A stretch of 34,679 nt of DNA. Source: an uncultured Lachnospiraceae bacterium. Its GTDB lineage: Bacteria; Bacillota; Clostridia; Lachnospirales; Lachnospiraceae. Below, piece after piece: positions 17,413 through 23,797 of the stretch. Position 1 is the stretch's first letter; every line of letters starts with the position of its first letter. The stretch is taken from contig CADCOP010000076.1 of NCBI GenBank assembly GCA_902803065.1, forward strand, positions 1-34,679. Reading direction: 5' to 3'. The notes beneath the pieces are model-generated. The model was not told where the DNA came from. It searched no databases and saw only the letters and a program-made list of their open reading frames with translations. The position numbers and the translations under genes are program-made.

Positions 17413-18396
17413 ATGAAAATGAGAACACTGAAGAAACTGATGGCCGGGACGCTGCTGTCTCTCTTTGCCTGCGGCATGGCTTTTGCCTCATGCGCAGCTG
17501 AAGCTGCCACAGAGGAAGAGATCCTGCAGGAAGAAGACGAGGAGGATTACACAACTGGAGATGCTTCCCTGGATGATATCCGTAATCAGGATGAGATCGG
17601 GGAAAAGGAACTGCTTGTTGTTTCCTTCGGAACGAGCTTTAATGACAGCCGCAGGAACACGATCGGCGCGATTGAAGGAGCGCTGGCGGAAGCTTTCCCG
17701 GAATGGTCCGTTCGCAGGGCATTTACGAGCCAGATCATCATTGATCATGTGGAGAGCCGTGACGGCATCCATATTGACAATGTGGAAGAAGCCCTTGAAA
17801 GAGCCGTCAGCAATGGCGTAAAGACTCTGCTTGTCCAGCCGACGCATCTGATGAATGGTTATGAATACGAGGAGCTCGAAGAGATGCTCGCCGGTTACGC
17901 GGATGCTTTTGACTATATCGGCCTTGGCACGAATCTCCTGGATACAGATGAGGATTTTGAAGCAGTTGCCCGGGCGATCACGGAGGAGACAGCATCCTAT
18001 GATGACGGAGAGACTGCCATCGTTTTCATGGGGCACGGAACAGAAGCTGATTCGAACGCTGTATACGCGAAAATGCAGGATGTCCTCACTTCAGACGGAT
18101 TTGAGAATTATTATATCGGAACCGTTGAGGCTGTGCCTTCACTGGATGATGTGATCGAAGCGATCGCGGACAAGGGATACACGAAAGTCGTCCTTGAACC
18201 TCTCATGGTCGTTGCGGGAGATCACGCGAACAATGACATGGCTGCGGCAGATGATCCGGAATCCTGGTACAGCATTCTGACAGCGGAAGGGTACGATGTG
18301 ACCTGCCTGCTCAAGGGTCTCGGCGAGATACCGGCTATCCGCGGCATCTATACAGAGCACGCGCAGGCCATGATCGACGAAGCATTACAGCAGTAA
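17413..18396 (+). CDS. Exported (lipoprotein-type signal) CbiK-family sirohydrochlorin cobaltochelatase-fold protein
   Basis: The ATG at 17413 follows AAGGAGG. The N-terminus MKMRTLKKLMAGTLLSLFACGMAFASC is a signal peptide with lipobox-like Cys residues, then an acidic linker. CbiK-like core: LLVVSFGTSFNDSRRNTI, LLVQPTHLMNGYEYEEL, IVFMGHGTEA, EPLMVVAGDHANNDMA. The track ORF from 17143 would translate the riboswitch and is rejected. Confidence 0.85.
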   Translation: MKMRTLKKLMAGTLLSLFACGMAFASCAAEAATEEEILQEEDEEDYTTGDASLDDIRNQDEIGEKELLVVSFGTSFNDSRRNTIGAIEGALAEAFPEWSVRRAFTSQIIIDHVESRDGIHIDNVEEALERAVSNGVKTLLVQPTHLMNGYEYEELEEMLAGYADAFDYIGLGTNLLDTDEDFEAVARAITEETASYDDGETAIVFMGHGTEADSNAVYAKMQDVLTSDGFENYYIGTVEAVPSLDDVIEAIADKGYTKVVLEPLMVVAGDHANNDMAAADDPESWYSILTAEGYDVTCLLKGLGEIPAIRGIYTEHAQAMIDEALQQ

Positions 18397-18416
18397 AAAG
18401 AGTTTTATTAAAATAT

Positions 18417-18448
18417 GCCGGCGCATGATCCTGTGTGCCGGCTTTTAT
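18417..18448 (+). terminator. Intrinsic terminator (possibly partial) between the cbiK-like gene and the rest of the transporter cluster
   Basis: gccggcgca (18417-18425), 6-nt loop, tgtgccggc (18432-18440; 9 bp including one G-U), then ttttat. Confidence 0.7.
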
Positions 18449-18473
18449 AAGAATAACGCACAGGAGAAAATGA

Positions 18474-19361
18474 ATGAAAATAAAACGATCAATCTGCGCG
18501 GCAGCCGCTGTTTCTCTGATCCTTGTGTTTTCCGCGCTGAGTGAAAACTGCGCTCTTTGCGAAGATGCCGACAGCAAAGTTGCCTCTGCTTCGGAAATGG
18601 CAGAAGTGGAAGAAGTGGTTCAGGACTGGATGGTTCCGGTACCGGCCGGGGACATCGTTCCCGGCGTATATGAAGTTGAAGTGCTTTCAAGCTCATCCAT
18701 GTTCCGGATCGAATATGCTCTGCTGACAGTTACGGAGGAAGGTATGAGCGCGATCCTCTCCATGGGCGGCAAGGGTTATCAGTACCTGTATATGGGCACG
18801 GCGCAGGAAGCTGCAGACGCGCCGGAGCAAGACTTCATTCCGTATGCTGAAACTGCCGACGGAACACACACATTTACGATTCCCGTGGATGCTCTGGATG
18901 CCGGCATTCCGGTGGCTGCGTTCAGCATTCGCAAGGAAAAATGGTATGACCGTACGCTTGTTGTTTCAGCCGCATCGCTTCCGGCAGGAGCCCGGAGGAA
19001 TATATCCATGACGACGCCGGAGGATCTCTCGCTTCTGGATGGTACATATTACATGGAGGGAACGCTTCAGGGCGGCTCCGGACGAGCGTCGATCGAGTCT
19101 CCCGTCATGGTCACGGTGGAAAACGGGAAGGCAACTGCCAGAATCGTTATGAGCAGCTCTAATTATGACTACATGCTCAAGGACGGAGAGCGGTACGAGA
19201 ATGTCAGTGAAGAAGGCAATTCAGCCTTTCTGATCCCGGTTGACGGCTTTGATTATGCCATGGCAGTTACGGCAGATACGACCGCGATGAGCAAACCGCA
19301 TGAGATCGATTATACGATCCTTCTGGATTCAGCTACACTGACACAGGAGCCCGTCTCATGA
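18474..19361 (+). CDS. Secreted protein built from two homologous domains of about 105 aa (function unknown; possible ligand-capture protein)
   Basis: AGGAG RBS 6 nt upstream. Signal peptide MKIKRSICAAAAVSLILVFSALS. Internal duplication, residues about 61-169 versus 187-289, with shared anchors GxY, TV(T)ExG, YxY(L/M), IPVD and (S/D)(A/S)A(S/T)L. The stop overlaps the permease start (ATGA). Confidence 0.8.
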   Translation: MKIKRSICAAAAVSLILVFSALSENCALCEDADSKVASASEMAEVEEVVQDWMVPVPAGDIVPGVYEVEVLSSSSMFRIEYALLTVTEEGMSAILSMGGKGYQYLYMGTAQEAADAPEQDFIPYAETADGTHTFTIPVDALDAGIPVAAFSIRKEKWYDRTLVVSAASLPAGARRNISMTTPEDLSLLDGTYYMEGTLQGGSGRASIESPVMVTVENGKATARIVMSSSNYDYMLKDGERYENVSEEGNSAFLIPVDGFDYAMAVTADTTAMSKPHEIDYTILLDSATLTQEPVS

Positions 19362-20380
19362 TACATGAAAAAAAGAGCTTTCTTCGTGTACCGGTGACGT
19401 TCCTGCTCCTGGCCGCGGCACTCTCGGCACTGATCGTATGGAATGTGAATGCCGGCAGCGTACAGCTTACTGTGCCGGAGGTATTCCGGATCCTTTTCCT
19501 GAAACAGGGAGATCAGACATCGCGTGACATCATCTGGCAGATCCGCCTGCCGAGGATCCTGGCGGCAGGAATTCTCGGCGGCGCGTTATCTGTGGCAGGC
19601 TTTCTTCTGCAGACATTTTTCCGCAATCCCATAGCTGGCCCCTTTGTGCTGGGAATATCCGCGGGGTCAAAGCTGACCGTTTCTTTTGTTATGATCTTTC
19701 TGCTCGGCAGGGGACATACGCTTTCGTCCGCCGGAATGGTGTCTGCCGCATTTGCCGGAGCCATGCTTTCAACAGGATTTATGATCACAGCCTCCGGAAA
19801 GGTCCGCTCCATGTCGATGCTTGTGATCTGCGGCGTTATGGTCAGCTACATCTGTTCAGCCATAACGGATTTTGTGATCGCCTTTGCGGATGATTCGGAT
19901 ATCGTTAACCTGCATAACTGGTCTATGGGCAGTTTCGCGTCCGTATCGTGGAATAAGATCGGGATCATGACAGCGGTCATACTGCCTTCCCTTCTCTTTG
20001 TTTTCCTGCTGTCAAAACCGGCCGGAGCCTATCAGCTTGGAGAGGAATACGCGCAGAGCGTGGGCGTGAACATCCGCCTTTTCCGGATCTGCCTGATCCT
20101 TCTCTCAAGCCTGCTGTCAGCGACGGTTACGGCATTTGCCGGGCCTGTATCCTTTGTAGGCATTGCAGTGCCGCATCTGGTAAAAAATCTGATGGGAACA
20201 TCCAGGCCCGTGCTGATGACGCCGGCCTGTTTTCTCGGAGGTGCCGTGTTCTGCCTTTTCAGTGACCTGATCGCCCGTACACTGTATTCGCCCATGGAGC
20301 TGTCCGTCAGCTCTGTGACAGCGCTGTTCGGAGCGCCTGTGGTGATCTGGCTGATGATCCGGAAGGAGAAAGCAGCATGA
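19358..20380 (+). CDS. FecCD/BtuC-family ABC transporter permease (iron-siderophore/cobalamin type)
   Basis: 340 aa with about 9-10 hydrophobic segments. Family-typical IIWQIRLPRILAAGILGGALSVAGFLLQ and NPIAGPFVLGIS, and C-terminal GAPVVIWLM. Confidence 0.9.
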   Translation: MIHEKKSFLRVPVTFLLLAAALSALIVWNVNAGSVQLTVPEVFRILFLKQGDQTSRDIIWQIRLPRILAAGILGGALSVAGFLLQTFFRNPIAGPFVLGISAGSKLTVSFVMIFLLGRGHTLSSAGMVSAAFAGAMLSTGFMITASGKVRSMSMLVICGVMVSYICSAITDFVIAFADDSDIVNLHNWSMGSFASVSWNKIGIMTAVILPSLLFVFLLSKPAGAYQLGEEYAQSVGVNIRLFRICLILLSSLLSATVTAFAGPVSFVGIAVPHLVKNLMGTSRPVLMTPACFLGGAVFCLFSDLIARTLYSPMELSVSSVTALFGAPVVIWLMIRKEKAA

Positions 20381-21501
20381 AAGTGACAAAGGAGAAATAT
20401 TTTTTTTATACAGAAAAGCTTTCTGTCGGTTATGACGGGAAACCTCTGATCCGGAATATTAAAATGCAGGTCGCCAGGGGAGAGATCCTGGTTCTGATCG
20501 GGCCAAACGGCGCGGGAAAATCAACCATCCTCAAGAGCATAGCCAGGCAGCTGAAGATCCTCGGAGGAGAGATGTATCTGGATTTGCAGGATCTTACCCG
20601 TATGAGCGGAAAAGAGGCAGCGAAAAAGCAGGCGGTCATGCTGACAGGCCGGATCCGCACAGAAATTATGACCTGCTTTGATGTTGTTTCCGCGGGCAGA
20701 TATCCGTATACGGGAACCCTGGGGATCCTTGGAGATAAAGACCGTGAAGCAGTCAGAAGCGCCATGGAACTCGTGCAGACTCTGGACCTGGCGGAAAGGG
20801 ATTTTTCAGCCGTGAGCGACGGGCAGAAGCAGAGGCTCCTGCTGGCCAGGGCCATCTGCCAGGAACCGGAGCTGATCGTGCTCGATGAGCCGACGTCCTA
20901 CCTGGATGTCAGCCATAAGCTGAAGTTCCTGATGCTTCTTAAAAAACTTGCCAGGGAGAAAAATACAGCCATCATCCTGTCACTGCATGAACTGGACCTT
21001 GCCGGAAAGATCGCGGATACGGTCATGTGTGTAAAAGGTGAGCATATTGACAGATACGGCCCACCGGATGAGATATTTGCCGGAGATTATGTCCGTGAAC
21101 TGTTTGGCATAGAAGAGGGAAGCTACAATGCTGCGTTCGGCTCCGCGGAACTGCCGCCTCCCGAAGGGGAACCCCGCCTGTTCGTCATAGCCGGCGGAGG
21201 AAGCGGAATCTCCATATACAGAATGCTGCAAAGAAAAGGGATCCCCTTTGCAACGGGGATCCTCATGAAAAATGATGTTGACTATGCGGCTGCTTCATGT
21301 CTTTGCCGACATGTGATCGCGGAAGAGATGTTCGAACCCTTGAGCGAAGATACCTTCCGGAAAGCGAGGGCCCTGATGCTCTCATGCGAAAGAGTCACAG
21401 CCGCGAGAAGATCCTTCGGCACACTTGGGCGTTACAATGAAATGCTTCTGAAGGAAGCAGAGCAGCGCGGCATGCTCACGGACTTTCATACCATTTCATG
21501 A
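20377..21501 (+). CDS. ABC transporter ATP-binding protein (FepC/BtuD-like) with a C-terminal extension of about 115 aa
   Basis: Walker A GPNGAGKST, signature VSDGQKQR, Walker B LIVLDEPTSYLD, H-loop LSLHEL. The NBD ends near residue 255. Residues about 260-374 (PRLFVIAGGGSGISIYRMLQRKGIPFATG...) form an extra domain. Confidence 0.9.
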   Translation: MKVTKEKYFFYTEKLSVGYDGKPLIRNIKMQVARGEILVLIGPNGAGKSTILKSIARQLKILGGEMYLDLQDLTRMSGKEAAKKQAVMLTGRIRTEIMTCFDVVSAGRYPYTGTLGILGDKDREAVRSAMELVQTLDLAERDFSAVSDGQKQRLLLARAICQEPELIVLDEPTSYLDVSHKLKFLMLLKKLAREKNTAIILSLHELDLAGKIADTVMCVKGEHIDRYGPPDEIFAGDYVRELFGIEEGSYNAAFGSAELPPPEGEPRLFVIAGGGSGISIYRMLQRKGIPFATGILMKNDVDYAAASCLCRHVIAEEMFEPLSEDTFRKARALMLSCERVTAARRSFGTLGRYNEMLLKEAEQRGMLTDFHTIS

Positions 21502-22565
21502 ACGAGAGAGATGGCGCTGCTGTAGCTGCCGTCCGGATCGGCTGTAATGATCCGGTCTGCCAGGATCTTGTTTTTTTCTTCAAAATCGTAGGAGATGATC
21601 CGGTCGACAGTCTCCCTGCGCTCGAGGCCCTTTTTCATAAGAATGGCTTCAATACAGGCGCGCTTATCCCGCTCGACGTACAGTATGACGCTCTGTCCCG
21701 GGTAATGATTATGAACGGCCATACAGCCGGAAATATCCATGACAGCCGCCGCGTGGCGTCCCGAAGCAAGCGTTCTGTCAATTTCATCCTTAGGCAGGCC
21801 ATACCGCTGGCAGCCGTAATAGGTAGTTTCCAGAAAACAGCCGGTCTGCGCCATTGCCTGGAATTCCTCCGGAGAGACCCTGTGATTTGTACCTCCGGAG
21901 GCCGTAGTGCAGGTGCGGATATGTACATAATCCGGGTCTTCACAGAGAGCGCGGGCAAATTCATGTTTGCCGCTTCCGCTCGGTCCTACGATGCAGAACA
22001 CCTTTGGCAGCCGGCTGCCGTCATTCTTTTTTCCCTGCATGATCTGGACAAGGGAAAGGAATTCATTGTAGTAATTGATGCTGCAGATGCCTGAAACATG
22101 CCTGTTCCAGGGCTGGCGGAAGAGCACCGGAAGCGTCAGTCCGCTGCCATAGAGGTTATGTACTCCGTCGTCCAGGATCACATCAGCCTGGAGCATTTCC
22201 TTTCTTCTTCCCATGATGATGTTTTCCTGAGGGAAAAACGGAAACAGTTCACCAAGACGGCGGATGCGCTCTCCCATAAACTGCGGATACACTGCAGTCA
22301 TGATGGTCACGTTCGCAATCTCACAAAGATCCTTCAGAAAACCGGCTGCTCCGGGAAGCGCGGGCTGCTGCTCATAGAATTCCCTGGCCATAAGAAAGTC
22401 CAGCCTTCTGTCCTCGGGGATCCCGAGGAGTCCCCAGTCTGTGATCCTGTCAATACTGTACGGAACGCCGTCCTGCTGGGAGAGGAGCGTCAGGGCATAC
22501 CTGTTGCAGTCAAGAAGAACGTCATCTACATCCAGTATCACTTCAAAATTTCTTATATGGTTCAT
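21486..22565 (-). CDS. Fusion protein: N-terminal HAD-superfamily 5'(3')-deoxyribonucleotidase-like domain plus a C-terminal guanylate-kinase-like P-loop domain
   Basis: HAD motif I ILDVDDVLLD, motif II-like VTIMTAV, motif IV VILDDGVHN. C-terminal P-loop VGPSGSGKHEF, then TTASGG...EEFQAMAQTGCFLETTYYGCQRYGLP, resembling GMK (TTR..R.GE...Y.F...EF...G.FlE...y.g..YGT). I prefer the start at ATG 22565 (AGGG 7 nt upstream); ATG 22586 is possible. The 3' end overlaps the convergent ABC ATPase gene by 16 nt. Confidence 0.75.
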   Translation of the reverse strand: MNHIRNFEVILDVDDVLLDCNRYALTLLSQQDGVPYSIDRITDWGLLGIPEDRRLDFLMAREFYEQQPALPGAAGFLKDLCEIANVTIMTAVYPQFMGERIRRLGELFPFFPQENIIMGRRKEMLQADVILDDGVHNLYGSGLTLPVLFRQPWNRHVSGICSINYYNEFLSLVQIMQGKKNDGSRLPKVFCIVGPSGSGKHEFARALCEDPDYVHIRTCTTASGGTNHRVSPEEFQAMAQTGCFLETTYYGCQRYGLPKDEIDRTLASGRHAAAVMDISGCMAVHNHYPGQSVILYVERDKRACIEAILMKKGLERRETVDRIISYDFEEKNKILADRIITADPDGSYSSAISLVHEMV

Positions 22566-22608
22566 ATCATGGCCCTGCCTTGTCATCAATAACAGTCGTG
22601 TGATCTAT

Positions 22609-22637
22609 ATAGTAACATAAATGAGAAACAAAATCAA
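22609..22637 (-). promoter_or_regulatory. Candidate extended -10 promoter for the minus-strand nucleotidase/kinase-like gene
   Basis: On the minus strand: TTGATT (22637-22632), 17-nt spacer ending in TGT, TACTAT (22614-22609). Confidence 0.5.
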
Positions 22638-22699
22638 ACATATGTTCGAAAAAAATCCGCACTTGACTGTTAAGCAGCCGATGAAGAATAAAATAGAAC

Positions 22700-22728
22700 T
22701 TGCATGATCATAAAACTCTTGCTAGAAT
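22700..22728 (+). promoter_or_regulatory. Candidate promoter for the Fic-fold gene
   Basis: TTGCAT (22700-22705), 17-nt spacer, TAGAAT (22723-22728). Confidence 0.5.
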
Positions 22729-22763
22729 CTAATCACATGTAAAGAACAGGATGCGAACAAGAT

Positions 22764-23753
22764 ATGTATGAAATGAATGTTTCTTTTCAGATCAATGACC
22801 GCGTGATCTCTCTTCTGACGGATTTTGCGGAATATATGGCGGAGATCAACGCTGACAGAAAGACCATGCCCATGGCCATGAAAGACGGCAGCAGCTTTTC
22901 CCTGGAGAGAAGGGCTGAAAAAATGAGGTATGACCTCCTGCTTTCAGGTTACGCATTGTCCCTTGAACAGGCAGCTTCATTTCTTGAAAAGAGCGCTGAA
23001 GGAGAGGAAAACAGCTTTGAAAGCCAGGCGGATGCAGCTTCCGTTTTCCGCTCCAGGGAGATACGTGCTGCACGCAACATGGCCGAACTGTTTACGAAAA
23101 GCCGGGGAATGCACATGCAGCTTCCGGAGGATATCTGTCTGCTTCATAAGATGCTTTTCTCAGGTATTTCGGAGGATGCCGGAGTCTTCCGGCCGGATAG
23201 AAATATTCCGTCCTTCCTGCGTACGCTTAGCGACTGGTACCGGAAGAGCAGCATGCAGCCTTTGCTCAGGAGCATCGTTTTCAGTTATGAGCTCCTGCGT
23301 ATCCAGCCCTTTTCTTCGGGAAATGAGATCACTGCCTGGTCCTGTCTGAATATTCAGCTCGGAAAATGGAGAGATATCCTTTCGGACCTGTCGTATGAGA
23401 CCTTCCTTTACAGGAGAAAAAGCGAATATCTGCGCGTGATGGAGGAGTGCAGCCGTTCGGGCAGCTGTGAGGCATACATAGAGTTCATGCTTCGCATTCT
23501 TTATTGCGCTCTGCAGGTCTATGACGAAGAACTTCACAGCGGGCTGGACATCACGCAGTCCATGCAGATGCTGCTTGACGCGATGGAAGACGGCAGGAGC
23601 TATACGACGCATGAGATGATGGCTCTTGTAAATCTGCGCCACCGTCCGACCTTCCGTGACAACTATCTGCTTCCCTGCATGGAGGGCGGGCTGATCGTAA
23701 TGACTGTTCCCGACAAGCCCAACAGCCGGAACCAGAGATACAGGAAGCTCTGA
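22764..23753 (+). CDS. Fic/DOC-fold protein with a degenerate active-site motif and a C-terminal winged-helix-like domain
   Basis: Fic-like core LHKMLFSGISEDAGVFR ... FSYELLRIQPFSSGNEITAW occupies the position of the canonical HPFx(D/E)GNGRxxR. The C-terminus RPTFRDNYLLPCMEGGLIVMTVPDKPNSRNQRYRKL matches the wHTH tail common in Fic proteins. Confidence 0.8.
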   Translation: MYEMNVSFQINDRVISLLTDFAEYMAEINADRKTMPMAMKDGSSFSLERRAEKMRYDLLLSGYALSLEQAASFLEKSAEGEENSFESQADAASVFRSREIRAARNMAELFTKSRGMHMQLPEDICLLHKMLFSGISEDAGVFRPDRNIPSFLRTLSDWYRKSSMQPLLRSIVFSYELLRIQPFSSGNEITAWSCLNIQLGKWRDILSDLSYETFLYRRKSEYLRVMEECSRSGSCEAYIEFMLRILYCALQVYDEELHSGLDITQSMQMLLDAMEDGRSYTTHEMMALVNLRHRPTFRDNYLLPCMEGGLIVMTVPDKPNSRNQRYRKL

Positions 23754-23797
23754 ACTGTACATGACATCATAAATACGAACGAAAAGGACAATAACAG

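Noticed and set aside
21498-22592. Plus-strand ORFs 21498-22094 and 22098-22592
   Set aside because: They are antisense to the minus-strand gene, which has clear HAD and P-loop motifs and its own promoter. The plus-strand translations have no motifs and poor composition.
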